Below, piece by piece: positions 27,501 through 41,140 of a stretch of 64,000 bases of DNA (the stretch's first letter is position 1; every line of letters begins with the position of its first letter). Under the pieces are notes generated by a model. That model was given only the letters and a program-made list of their open reading frames with translations, had not been told where the DNA came from and made no database searches. The stretch comes from Octopus sinensis. Its lineage: Eukaryota. Where the stretch lies: the NCBI RefSeq assembly GCF_006345805.1, contig NC_043015.1:15438001-15502000 (forward strand), in the 5' to 3' direction. The position numbers and the translations under genes were made by a program.

Positions 27501-28998
27501 TAGTCAATTAATTTGACACCAGTACTCAACTGGTCCTAATTTTATCAACTCCAAAGTGATGAAAGATAAAGTTGACCTCAGTGGAATCTGAACCCAGAAT
27601 GTAAAGATGGATGAAATACTGCTAAGCACTTTACCTGGCACAGTAACGATTCTGCCAGTTCACTGCTTTACTGTTCCCAGTGGAAAGATAAAGTCAAGAA
27701 TGCCAGAATTGCCAAATGGTTAAAGGAATCTTCAGACTTTGTAGTGCCATCTAACTTGGTCTGTATGTGTTCAAGCTATAAAACATCTTACCAGATGTTT
27801 GTCTTACATCAAAGCTACTAACACAGCATAATATTATATAGCATTCTCCTCCTCCTCATCATCATCATTTTACATCCATTTTTCCATGATAGCATAGATT
27901 AGAGGAATTGTCATTGTCTTAGTCATCTACTATTAAAAGCCACTGTTCCCATGTACCAGTGCCATTTCAATTAGTTTCTATAGCTGAATTCCCTTCCTAT
28001 TGCCAGTCACTTTATAAAGTGTGCTGGGTGCATGTTTCTCATGCCACCAACACTGAAGAAGTTGAATAGTCCTCAAAAGACAGGCTTAATATATTCATAT
28101 CCATATATATCACTGACTCACTCTATTGACCAGTCTATCAGATGTTGTTATACATTGCTGCTCACAATGCATTTCTTTGTATTCTTGTAGCTTTTGAGTG
28201 ATGGCATCCACTGGCTGAGCAGGTAGGCAGGCAGGAAGGTCAATGCTCTCTCCGATCAGGACACCAATCATCACAGAGTTACCTGTTTCCAAATGACTGG
28301 ACCAGAGTAATGCAAAATGAAGTGTTTTGCTGAAGAATGCAATGCCCTGTTGATCAGTGAATTGAAACCATAATCTCACAATATATATATTTTATATATT
28401 GATTCAGATGAATATGGTACTTAAGTTAAAGGCACCAGAATTTGGTATGGTATTATCCATATCAATCAAATGGGGTGATTATAATCAATGAACATTATAA
28501 AAATGAACATTGTCAATTTAATTTTTTTAAAATTCCATAGGTGGCTGATGAGTGCTCTGAATTTTAAAACTGATGTAATATTTACACTGTTTAATTAAAT
28601 GAAGTAGCATGAAACGATACTACTACACTAACTTTGGATATCCTTGTTGCTTATTTTGATTATATTTTTTTATTTAGATATATATGTATATATGTATGTA
28701 TGTATGTATGTCTATGCATGTATGTATATATATATATATATAATATATATATATATATACATACATACATACATACATACATACACATACATACATATCA
28801 TCATCATCATCATTATACACATACAACACACACAGATAGCAAACCAGATAGACATATTTATGTATAGATACTTTATAGTGAGTACAACACATCCATAGCT
28901 ATGTAGGATAACCTGGATATTGGTTGTTATATTATCACTTAAAAGTAAACTGAAATCTTGTTGACTTATAATGATGCAATATAAATTAATCTATAATG

Positions 28999-29038
<40 letters not shown>

Positions 29039-29045
29039 GTGTGTG

Positions 29046-29080
<35 letters not shown>

Positions 29081-29221
29081 TGATATTGTTGAGCTAGCTG
29101 ATAGCTCTAATTTTCAGTCATTTCAACATTCCAGCAGCTCAAAAGGTCAACTCTCAATTAACAACCCAAGAGGCATTTCTTAGAATATGCTATGAATCCA
29201 AAGTCACAAATTTCACTACTT

Positions 29222-29280
<59 letters not shown>

Positions 29281-29594
29281 GCTGCTACTGCTACTGCTGC
29301 TGCTGCTACTGTAATATATATTCACTTATGTGTATATGTACGTGCATGCACACATGCATTCCCCCACACATATGCACACACACACACACACACACACATA
29401 CAAAAGAGAAAGCAATACAAATACTGTCTCATTTATTAGTATCTCATTGATTCACTGGTTATCTCAACAACTTTATGTTATGGATAGATTAACCCTCAAA
29501 TTTTCAACTAATCAGCAACAGCAACATGATGTTACACATGTACAGACACAAACAGATGCACACATAAAAAACACATTTGTAAAAGAATATAGAA

Positions 29595-29650
<56 letters not shown>

Positions 29651-29682
29651 TTACTATGGTTATAATTTTTTCCTATACATAT

Positions 29683-30167
<485 letters not shown>

Positions 30168-30192
30168 ATATATATATATGTATGTATGTGTG

Positions 30193-30237
<45 letters not shown>

Positions 30238-30949
30238 GTGTGTGCATATGTATGAGTGTGTATTTATCTATAATACATTAAAGGTCAGTTGCTTGCAATG
30301 TTATGCAGGCAAACTGGCACATAATGGGAAAATACTATGAATTAAGTTTTCCCTGAAATGTAAATACAAGCGAAGTGAAACAAATTTTGTGTAAATTGGA
30401 TAAGTAGTTGTGAAGATATTAGGGGTTTCCGGGGTATAAATACCCAAAAAGGTGCATAATGGGGAAGTCTCAGAAAGTAACTTGATCCTGAAAGGGCAGT
30501 AACTCTTACCTTTCGATTATACAGTGAGTTTTTCCCATCATGCACTAGTTTGCCTGAGTAACATTGCAAGCAAGCAAGATACCATCTGACTTTTAATGTA
30601 TTACTAGACTACCTGTGACCTGTTAGGTCATCAGGAAACTCAGTTTCCCAGCAATGGAGTTTTGTTTCATGGGTTTTGTCTTTTCCAGGTTATTTTGCAT
30701 GCTTTCAACGAATGTGACATCAAAATCACACGTAAACAGCTCCTTTCCTCCAGAAAAAGGCAAGATTTGGCTACTATTTCTTGCACGCTCTGCTACCATG
30801 TAACAGGTATGTTGGATCCTTTATTGCAAATAGCTGTTACATAGTAGCAGGACATGTTAGAAATAGCAGTCAAATCTTTGGAGGTAAGATAACGTTGAAT
30901 GCACTAAAAAAAAAAAACTATTTTATACCAAAGTTACAAAGTTCATGAA

Positions 30950-30982
<33 letters not shown>

Positions 30983-31024
30983 TGTATGTATGTATGTATG
31001 TATGTATGTGTGTATGTGTGTGTG

Positions 31025-31069
<45 letters not shown>

Positions 31070-31398
31070 GTATATGTATTTTTTAATGTGTACAAATAAC
31101 ATGAAAAAATAAATAAATAGTTACCAGAGTAGCAAAAATTCACATAAGAGCCAAGGATATAACAGCCTACTTATAGAGGTAGAAATTCCAGGGTTTAGTG
31201 AAATGTTTTTACATACCATAGATAAATAAAGAAATGGAGTTAAACACAGGTGTTATTCAAATCTTTATACTTTCAACATATGTTTTGAAGAAAACATTGG
31301 TATTATTCCAGAGGGAATAAAATGATGCAAAACAATGTGATCTCATCAGGGAAAAATAGAAAAACAAAGCACATCAATTAGCCATTTTAACTGATGTT

Positions 31399-32345
31399 GT
31401 TTATTGACCTTGATGTTCTTCAGGCGCTATTGTTTAGCTAAAGATGGTGGCTAGCCATTCAGGGTTAGGTCTTTGAGGAACTGCTTGGTGTTGACGGCTT
31501 TGTCAGTTACATTGCTGCAATTGTTGTTTATATGTGTTAATCTCGTTTCTCACGTATGTGGCTTTGGCTCTGGTGGGTAAGGCTGATTGGTATTGAATGA
31601 AAAGTTTTCTATTAGTGGCTTTTCTGTAGAATTTGGTAAATATAGAGCCTTCCTCTGTGATCTTGAGTTGAAAGTCGAGTAGAGAGAGGATTCTGGATTT
31701 GGCTGGATGTTCAATCTTGAATTTGATATTTATGTTGGTGTTATTGAAGGTCCAGAGACCTAACCCTGAATGGTTACCTACCATCTTTAGCTAAACAATG
31801 GCACCTGAAGAACATCAATTTCAATAAACCCTGGAAGAACCATCATACTCCCAAGTCTGGCATGTGCTTCCTAAAGGTACAACACATTAACGACAGAACT
31901 ACTGCAGTGATACAACATGCAGTCTGCAGGGAAGGACTCGACATCTGGATAATGCATGCTGGCCTTTCCCTGAGAAAAGCTCTGTCCAAGAACAACACCT
32001 CTCACTACTCCGAGGAGTGCACATTATCAAACTGCCCCATGAATGACCCTCAATTGTGCCAGAGGACCTATGTTGTATATGAGATCATCTGTGGCAAATG
32101 TAGTGTATCCTACATAGGAAGCACAACAAGAAAACAGCATATACAGATTAAGGAACAGATGCAGACAGACACTCCCATGAAGAAACATCTGCAGAAATAC
32201 CAGACCCGGGAATTCACAGTGCACATCAAGGCAACACAGCGGAGCAGGGGCAACCTTCGAATCTCTGAGGCCATCCTCATATACCAAAAGAAACCTAAGG
32301 TCATCAATAGAAGAGAGTTACAGGAAGCTATCTTGTTGCTATAGC
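31399..32345. mobile_element. Penelope-like element fragment with 5' inversion (RT C-terminus minus, GIY-YIG plus)
   Basis: Minus: LSLLDFQLKITEEGSIFTKFYRKATNRKLFIQYQSALP. Plus from 31756: DLTLNGYLP...CQRTYVVYEIICGKCSVSYIGSTTR...LRISEAILI. A 74-bp segment is duplicated in inverted orientation. Confidence 0.85.
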
Positions 32346-32558
32346 AACACCTTTCTGTCCATGTCCACTCCACACATGCTCACACACAAGCACTTTGGCA
32401 ACAGTCGTCAATTTTTTGAAAATGGGGTCATAATCCCAAAATATTGAATACAAGATTTTGTTTTCTTGTGATTTACCTTGCGTTTACTTTGCATAGTTTT
32501 GGCCTTACCCATGATCCTTTATACAATATATTCTACACAATGCTTCATAGTAATTATA

Positions 32559-32590
<32 letters not shown>

Positions 32591-32595
32591 TCATA

Positions 32596-32639
<44 letters not shown>

Positions 32640-32645
32640 TATATG

Positions 32646-32734
<89 letters not shown>

Positions 32735-32784
32735 CATACATACATAATATATACATGCATACATATATATATATATTGTGACTT

Positions 32785-33985
32785 TGCAAAGTTCATCATG
32801 GGATGATATGTCACAAACTATGGAAACTCGGCATAACTGGGAAAATTAGAGAGTGGTTGCATGAATTCTTAAAAGACAGGCTGTAACAGCCAACAGAGTC
32901 CTCTCCATGGAGACACTAACAGAAAGTGGAGTGCTTCGGGAACTGTATTTGGGCCACTACTGTTCATGGTCGCTCTTTCTGATATGCTGTCAATTATACA
33001 GATAGCCACACTTACTAGCTATGCCAACAACATGAAAGTAGTACAAGCAGTCAAGGAACCTTCTGATGCTAATCTTCTACAGAACGACCTAGATGTTATA
33101 TATAAATGGGCTGTGGATAACATGCAATTTAATGCAAATTCCAAGTCCTCCACTACCAGCTAATTGGTGCTCAGAAGTCACAACAACGATACTTTGGACC
33201 AAAAGGAGCATCAATCTTAGAATCACATATGGTGACTGATCTTATGATTGATATGAGCAACGATGCCTCGTTTCATATGTATATTCCAAAGATGGTGGCA
33301 GTGTGCAGGTGAATGGCCAGATGGGTTCTGAGAACCTTCAGAACAAGGGACCAGGAAACTATGCTGGTCCTATGGGGAACATTTGTCCTCAGCCATCTGG
33401 ACTACTACTCTCAACTGTGGTCACCTTACATTGTAGGATTAATAGTAGAACTTAATAGTAGAACATTGTAGGATTAATAGTAGAACTTGAGGCAGTTCAA
33501 TGATACTACACAAGGAGGATTGCATCAATTGAACAGCTGAGCTACTGGGAGAGATTGAGAGAGCTGTGACTCTACTTTCTGAAGCGAAGATGGGAGAGGT
33601 ATGCAGTGATATATGTGTGGAAGATACTGGAGGGGCTGGCACCAAACTTTGGAATTGAGAGTTATACCAGACCTCAAGATGGATGTCAATGCACTGTTCC
33701 AGATGTCCCAGCTGTATCATCTAAGGTGAGGACCATGTACTGCAAAAGCTTGGGATTCAAGGGCCCACTGCTATTTAACTCCTTGCCAAAACATCTGAGG
33801 GATCTCCATATAGTGGGAGGAGATGTTTTCAAGAAAAACTTGACCTCTTGCTTTCCAAGATCCCAGATGAATCAATATCAAGGTAGGAAACTCAAAAGAG
33901 GGTAGCGGTATCAAACTCCCTCCTTTACCAAAAGCCAAACCATAGAATTGGCCAATTAAAAGGTGATTACACTGGCAATGCCCCA
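32785..33985 (+). mobile_element. CR1-like LINE 3' fragment
   Basis: Degraded RT motifs (VLRELYLGHY/GTVFGPLL, ATLTSYANNMKV) and CR1-type C-terminus (IYVWKILEGLAPNFGI...GFKGPLLFNSLPKHLRDLH). Confidence 0.8.
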
Positions 33986-34026
33986 GCATTACCACAATCT
34001 CAAGGCTGAAAGATATAAACGAATAA

Positions 34027-34065
<39 letters not shown>

Positions 34066-34659
34066 TATATATCACTCTCTCTCTTTCTCTCACTCTCTCT
34101 GTTTCTATATATGCATATATATCTATATGTATATCTATCTATCTAGCTAGCTAGCGAGTAATTTATACATATATATATGTCTGTGTCTGTGAGTGTGCGT
34201 GTGTGTATATTTGTGTGTGTATGTGTATGAAAATATATAAATATATATACACACACACACACACACACGCACATATATATATATATATGTATGTATAAAC
34301 ACACCTACATTCATAGGCACAACCTAATAATTTTTAAGGAAAAGTGCTGTATAGTGATTTGGATCAATCTCATCATATTTTGGTAATTATTTTTTTTCTT
34401 AGGAGGTTGCCAGAAGGAAAGAAACATAGGCAAACTGCCCTATTGATTCAGCAAATCACTCAGTTTGTAGGCGTATTTGTGTCTTTCAATATACATTACT
34501 ACATAAGGACATGAGGACATGTAGACTTAAACATATGTCTGTCTCTATCTCTACCTCTCTTTCTAAACACCCACATACACCTACACACACACAAACACAC
34601 ACACGCACACATACACACACACACACACTTGTATGTATCTATGTCATTATTCAGCTTTA

Positions 34660-35089
34660 TTTCAAGATTCTTTGCCAATAGAGAAAGAGCCAACTTCTAA
34701 CCTAGATCCAAGCCTCCTTCATTGGAATTTCAACAACATCAACAGGGTGTTCTTGTATGTAAGTGTGTATATGAGCAGTATGTATGTATGTATGTATGTA
34801 TGTATGTATGTATGTATGTATGTATGTATGTATGTATGTATGTATGTATGTATGTATGTATGTATGTATGTATGCATGCATGCATGTGAATACATATGTA
34901 TGTATGTACATATGCATGTATGTACGTATGTACGTACGTACGTATGTATGTATGTATGTGTGTATGTATGCATGTATGTATGCATGTATGTGAATACATA
35001 TGTATGTATGCACATATGCATGTATGTACATATGCATGTATGTACATATGCATGTATGTACGTATGTATGTATGTATGTATGTATGTAC

Positions 35090-35120
<31 letters not shown>

Positions 35121-35250
35121 TGTATGCATATCAATATTCAGTTTTATTTCTAGGTTTCTTGCCAACAGAAGAAGAGGTGGTTTCTAACCTAGATCTAAGG
35201 CTTCTTCATTGGAATTTCAACAATATCAACATAATATTTTTGCATGTGTG
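34660..35250. repeat. (TATG)n tract bracketed by two diverged copies of a unit of about 100 bp
   Basis: TTCTAACCTAGATC(C/T)AAG..CTTCATTGGAATTTCAACAA occurs at about 34695 and about 35182. Confidence 0.85.
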
Positions 35251-35339
35251 TATATATGTGCAGCATTTGGAGGCAGTTGATGTGCAGATTTGTATGCTTT
35301 GTTTTATCTATGTATTTTTATGCATATAGTTGCATGTCT

Positions 35340-35875
35340 AGACATGCTCAGACATACATAAATGATAAATGTCTGGAAAGTTTTACAGATTTTTACAGTT
35401 CCAGTGATGGCTTGGATCTGTAGTCTTTGAATCGGCTTTCTCCTTTCTGGTTTTGAGATTCAGCACGTACAGCTGAGCATTGAAGAAGAGCCTCCAACAT
35501 CAACTCCAAGGCGGTCCCAGGAGTTGGGCATATCCTAAAGCTTACTACAAAGGATACAAAAGATGCTGAATTTTCCCCATATAATGTGCAGCTAGTGCAA
35601 GAACTGAAGCCAACAGATTATCGGGTATGATTAGTGTATGCTGTTTGGATTAAGAACCTCTAAATTCCTCACGCTCTCTCGCATACTTGATTTAATGGCT
35701 CCAGAAAGACAGAGTACACCATAACAAACCTTGGACAATCCAGCAATTGAAGGCGAAGAAATTGAAGGAATAAGCCAAGAAACATTACAAACGGTAATGG
35801 AACATTCTTAAGAAAGAGCTCTCCATTGTCAAAGATGAAATGATGCCAATTTGAAGAGACAATTTTCAAAACTAA
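35340..35875 (+). mobile_element. Tc1/mariner-superfamily transposase fragment
   Basis: PRRSQELGIS*SLLQRIQK...PYNVQLVQELKPTDYR, typical of the HTH-proximal region of these transposases. Confidence 0.65.
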
Positions 35876-35989
35876 TTAAGTCATCTTTTTTTTTTGCATT
35901 TATAACCCTTTTATTCACCAATTAAATTCAGACACAGAAAAAAAAGAGAGATAAGAAAGGAAAAGAAAGAAAAGAAGAAAAGGGGGACA

Positions 35990-36830
35990 AGCAGTATAAG
36001 AGGAAGAGGAAGAGGGGGCGAATGACCACATGCCCCTGAACAAATGGAGTACTCAGGCACGCCCTACGATAATGACCACGATGGCACTGCCGCAAAGAAT
36101 GCTCAACGACACTCACTGCAGCAGCCGTTCCAGCTAACAGAGCTCAATTTCTCCGACGGCCCGCCGTCATCCCTATTTTTCGGAAGAAATCGGTAGTACA
36201 GGGTCCTAGAACATCTGAGGTCTTGACGGTGACCAGCACAAACTGGTAGCAGTCGGCTAGGCTCCCCTATGTTTATTGATTTTTCTCTCCTCTGCGTTAC
36301 AGGCGACGACATCTAGATTTGCAATGTTGGAGCCAAAGAACGTGTTGCTGCACGTCGCATCTCAGACTAGAGAACTGCTTCCCTCGAATGGGAAGAGGGT
36401 CATTCCATCGGGGCGCTTACCGTCTCCGCAGTTGAGACCCACCACCTCAAGTTGAGATGGGAAGCCAACCGCGTCAAGGACCCTTCTGATTATGTCATTA
36501 AGAGTAGCGTGTCGGCAAGATAACGGATGCAGGCCAAATTCATCTACTGTGGCTCTACAGCGACATTTGTACGACTCACACTCGCGGAGACCATGGCGTC
36601 GGGCCACTCCAATACGGGTGCACTCATCATCTAGAAGAATACCGGTAGATGAAGAGGGCACCAAATTGAACCGTGAGTCGCTATTTGGCTACGGGGCGGA
36701 ACAGAGGCAAACAAAGTAGTGCTGGTCTAGTGATGTCTCTGGCCGCTCGAAGGTGGAATTGCATCTGATATCGCCCCAGTTGTGTTGGGCATCCGAATTC
36801 TGGGGGACAGAAAGGCTTTCAGCGGTCCAA
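35990..36830 (-). mobile_element. CRE-like non-LTR retrotransposon 3' fragment (zinc knuckle + RLE)
   Basis: CRCRATVDEFGLHPLSCRHATLNDIIRRVLDAVGFPSQLEVVGLNCGDGKRPDGMTLFPF, followed by degraded LV*DATC and YQFVLVTVKTSDVLGPCTTDFFRKIG. Confidence 0.75.
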
Positions 36831-37038
36831 TCGGCTAGAGTCGTTGTGAAAGTGCACAACGACTCAGTATATAGTCGAGGCTTTGATTTTATATCTATGT
36901 GAATAAGAGAAACATTAAGCTAAGCCTCAAATGTAATAGTTCGTTCGTCAAATTTGACGATAGTCTAGTATCTCCCACCAATACGTAAAACAATAAGCAA
37001 ATATGAAAAAAAAGAAAGGAAACGAAAGAGAAAGTTAC

Positions 37039-37100
37039 CTAAAATTATGTTGTTCTTCCATTGGTGATCGAGGAAGGTAACAACTTTGATTACATGGCAT
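37039..37100 (-). CDS. Possible coding end of the first exon of a minus-strand gene whose body extends left
   Basis: Donor TTTTAG|gtaact at 37038 with open frame MPCNQSCYLPRSPMEEQHNF (phase 2). CCAAT box (37332-37336) upstream. CpG density collapses about 1 kb downstream on the minus strand. Confidence 0.25.
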
Positions 37101-37734
37101 TACAACGGGATGCAGCCATGCAAGGAACGCATCCAGACAGAAAAACGATGAATAACAATTGGTTCCCCCTATGCAACATCTGCCGTGTGCCTGAAGCTAG
37201 GAAAGTGGTGGTATTTCAGCGTAGCAAAAGTGTGATACTCTACATTCGAAAGATCCGCCGTCTGTGTCTCCGAAAAGTTTCAGCCATCACTATGACGGTA
37301 TCTATAATACTAGTAATCAATGAATATAATGATTGGCCACGTAGCATTTTAACAAGGCTCACAGTCATACGAATGACTGGGGAAACCGCATGGGGAAAAG
37401 TGGGGGAAAAGTGGAGAAAAAGTGGTGGGGAAACCGTGACTTCTACTGCTTAGTCTTCACTGTGAGTTTTGTGCATGCCGATTAAAAAAATAATAAAGTA
37501 GGTATATACACTCATGTATTCAGTTCCATTTCTGTTTGTTCTACCAAATCTATTTATATCTTGCGCGCGCGCATGTGCACGTGTGTGTGTGTGTATTGGG
37601 TGTCGATTTGTTATCGAGTATGACTTCTTTTAAGATGGAATTTCAGCCTGTTATATTTTGGTAAAACTAAGACTCCATCTTTCAGATGAAAGCTCGCAGC
37701 CCGTCTTACTGCATCTTCTATAATCCTTCACTTG

Positions 37735-38270
37735 AGACGGAACTACTGATTTGGTCGTATATTATTGTTGAAGATGAACGTGATACTCCGAGTGTCGCCA
37801 CGAAATGTCTGGCGATATAAAGATATTAAACAAACGAAACAACAGAGAAGGAAAATGTTTCGCGTAAAAGTATCGTCCTGCTATGTGAAGGAGACATCTT
37901 TTAGTCTAGAGAAGTCATGGATCTGTGTCTGGAAAGTTTGGTTTTGGTCTCGTTGACAGATCAGCATTTGCTGTGACTGTAAATTGTGTAGAGGTAAACA
38001 CCATCAGTTGATGTTTCAAAAGCGTACTTCAGCATAACAGCATAGGAGATTCCAAACAAGATAGAGGGAAAGGAGGCAGCCCTGTTTCACTTCAATGTGA
38101 ATACTGAAGAGTTCCGAGGAAGAGCAATCCAACTGAATGACGCTTTTCATATTTGTGTTCAATGACTGGACAATCCTGAGTAATGAAAACGTACGGAAGG
38201 CACCCAATCTTGGTAAGAATTTTGAACAGGCCGACTCTGCTCACAAAATCGAAGAACTTCGCGAAATGAA
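37735..38270 (-). mobile_element. RTE-clade LINE fragment
   Basis: LLRIVQSLNTNMKSVIQLDCSSSELFSIHIEVKQGCLLS resembles the RT GVKQGC motif. Confidence 0.7.
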
Positions 38271-38479
38271 CGAATGTGATGTAGAGTGGTTGTCTTAGCT
38301 ATCTGCATTTTTCATGTAATTGTCATAGGAATAATATCACGCCAATTGTAGAGGCTATAGAATACACTTACCCAAGGTGCCACACAGTGGGACTGAACCC
38401 GGAACCATGAGGTTGGGAAGCAAGCTTCTTACCACACAGTCACGCCTGCGCCTATATCCATCCACACAGCCATACTCAC

Positions 38480-38589
38480 GTTTTCAATCCACTGTTATTT
38501 GAAGTTATTTTTGATTGTCCTGGGTAAGAACAATTGTTAATACCTGTCTTGTTTACGTATTTAAAGTTATAGAGCAAAAGGGGAAAATA
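38480..38589 (-). CDS. Candidate exon 3 of the type II membrane protein gene
   Basis: Phase 0 to 2, open frame YFPLLLYNFKYVNKTGINNCSYPGQSKITSNNSGLK with three N-glycosylation sequons. Donor AC|gtgagt is strong, acceptor is weak, and the donor region partly resembles a SINE head remnant. Confidence 0.2.
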
Positions 38590-39140
38590 CTGGCGAGTCG
38601 AGTCCTTTAGACAGTTTCAATACCCAACAAAAGTCAGTTCATTTCCTTTTACACTAAAATACGAATGTCACTCATTTTTAGACCATTCTAAGAAAGAAAT
38701 CAATATTTAACTTGTTGGCTTTCCTATGTTAATGTCTATTTGTTCAAAGACGATATGGTATTTTGGAGTTTCTTTACTCTGATTGTAAACTACTGTTAAA
38801 ATGAAGGAGGCGGGGAATCTGTCAACATCTAGATAGATGTTACTGTTTAGTTTCTTGTGTTTTTACAAATACTTAAATATTTGGTGAGTTCTAAAGACAA
38901 TATTGCTATGCAATACCTTCATGTCACTATAAGCTTGTGAGTTTTGAAAGTTAACGTATTCTATTCGTATGGTTGAGTCTACGTTTGTCAACGTGACTAT
39001 TTGAATGCATGTTCTCTAGGACTTTCGTTTGCTTTAGCAATCACGACCAAAGCCATGCTAGAACATTGCCTTCAGCGTAAGCAAATATATATATATACTC
39101 GGATAAATGTAGACGTAAGTGGATACAGGTGGGGACTTAC

Positions 39141-39193
39141 GAATATAGTCTTACAAAGTGGTAACTGTGGGCGAAGAATATCTACGACGAAAT
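39141..39193 (-). CDS. Candidate exon 2 of the type II membrane protein gene
   Basis: Acceptor cttacctttacag| and donor TTC|gtaagt. 53 nt, open in the phase-1 frame required by the 43738 exon ((D)FVVDILRPQLPLCKTIF). The other two frames contain stops. Confidence 0.35.
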
Positions 39194-39399
39194 CTGTAAA
39201 GGTAAGCACGAGTCAAATCATGCATTGATGCACAATTTGTTCGTGTGTATATATGTGTGTGTGTGTATGTTTAGAGATGAAAAATTTTAACGTAGATTGA
39301 AATTGCATCAACACATATGGTAATGTGAAAGACCCATAAGGGTAGATTGCCAACGATGACGTTCATAATAACGGTGAAAGAAACGATGACAACGACGAT

Positions 39400-39699
39400 T
39401 ATGATGATAATGATGATAACGCAGGACAGCGACGACGATAATGACGATTACGAGGATAATGGCGACGATATTGACAATGGTGGTGGTGATGATGATGATG
39501 ATGATGATGATGATGACGACGACGACGACGACGACGATGATGATGATGATGATGACGACGACGACGACGACGACGATGATGATGATGATGATGATGATGA
39601 CGATGATAATGATGATGATGACGATGACGATGATGACGATGACGACGACGATAATGACGATTACGAGGATAATGGCGACGATATTGACAATGGTGGTGG

Positions 39700-39759
<60 letters not shown>

Positions 39760-39830
39760 CGACGACGACGACGACGACGACGACGATAATGATGATGGCA
39801 ACGAGAATGACGATGATAATGATGACAGGC
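39400..39830. repeat. (GAT/GAC)n compound microsatellite with 213-bp internal duplication
   Basis: Marker GACGACGATAATGACGATTACGAGGATAATGGCGACGATATTGACAATGGTGGTGGT occurs at 39431 and 39644. Confidence 0.9.
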
Positions 39831-40389
39831 AATCCTCAGACGACGAAAAATCTCAAATTCTAAGCAGCAACGCAACATCAGGTGAAGGTAGTGTCAGAAT
39901 ATTTGGGGATGTCCTTTCTATAAATGGCAAGCGAAATTATGGAGAAAGTAAGGCGACAGAGAATCGGAATTTCCTTCCTATAAATGGCTGGTGAGAGTAG
40001 TAAGAGTTCAGATGACAAAGAATTTGGAAAGTTCTTTCTATAAAAAGATCAGGTTTAGCGATATGGAGGAATTATTTAGCTTCCATCCGTAACATCAACA
40101 GAATTCATCATCTGTTGCTATTGAATTGCTTCAACCATGTACACATCCATCCATCCATCCATCCATCAATCCATACATACATACATATATATACACAAGC
40201 AAACCAACACAAGTACACACATACATACACAATAAACACACACGCACGCGCGTGCGCGCAAATGTAGACTTCTGTAGATATACATATTTCCACATAGATA
40301 ATATATAGACATACTGAGAGAAAGCTGAGTAATTATCGGAACACACATTCAGAGAAATGTGTGAGTACACATATACACACGCACAGATG

Positions 40390-40469
40390 ACTAAACATAG
40401 ATAGATGCACAAAGAGACATGCAGATAGATAGATAGATAGATATATAGATAGATAGATGGATAGACAGG

Positions 40470-40537
<68 letters not shown>

Positions 40538-40558
40538 CAAATAGACAGATAGACAGAC

Positions 40559-40589
<31 letters not shown>

Positions 40590-40705
40590 ATGACGGATAA
40601 ACAGGTAGATAGGTAGGTAAGTAGACAGACAGATAGATAAATAGATAGATAGATAGATAGACAGATAGATAGATAGACAGACAGACAGACAAATAGATAG
40701 TTACG

Positions 40706-40757
<52 letters not shown>

Positions 40758-40770
40758 ATGACAGACAGAC

Positions 40771-40857
<87 letters not shown>

Positions 40858-40874
40858 CAGACAGATAGACAGAC

Positions 40875-40913
<39 letters not shown>

Positions 40914-40937
40914 ATGACGGATAGACAGGTAAATAGG

Positions 40938-40969
<32 letters not shown>

Positions 40970-40982
40970 ATGACAGACAGAC

Positions 40983-41049
<67 letters not shown>

Positions 41050-41066
41050 CAGACAGATAGACAGAC

Positions 41067-41134
<68 letters not shown>

Positions 41135-41140
41135 TTGAAA
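40390..41140. repeat. (GATA/GACA)n microsatellite with higher-order repeats
   Basis: Recurring interruptions GAATGACGGATA(A/G)ACAGGTA and GAATGACAGACAGAC within (GATA)n. Confidence 0.9.

Noticed and set aside
28230-28380. Minus-strand exon-like piece KHFILHYSGPVIWKQ with a CAG|gtaact donor
   Set aside because: Resembles the C-terminal motif of L2/CR1-type LINEs more than a host exon.
34633-35329. Many long ORFs rich in YVCM / HTYI / IYLS / YI (also 40333-41782, 42151-42645, 58122-58685)
   Set aside because: They are translations of stop-free microsatellites.
37061-37453. 130-aa plus-strand ORF
   Set aside because: Non-ATG start, no recognisable domain, no splice support. Likely a shadow of a GC-richer regulatory or exonic patch.
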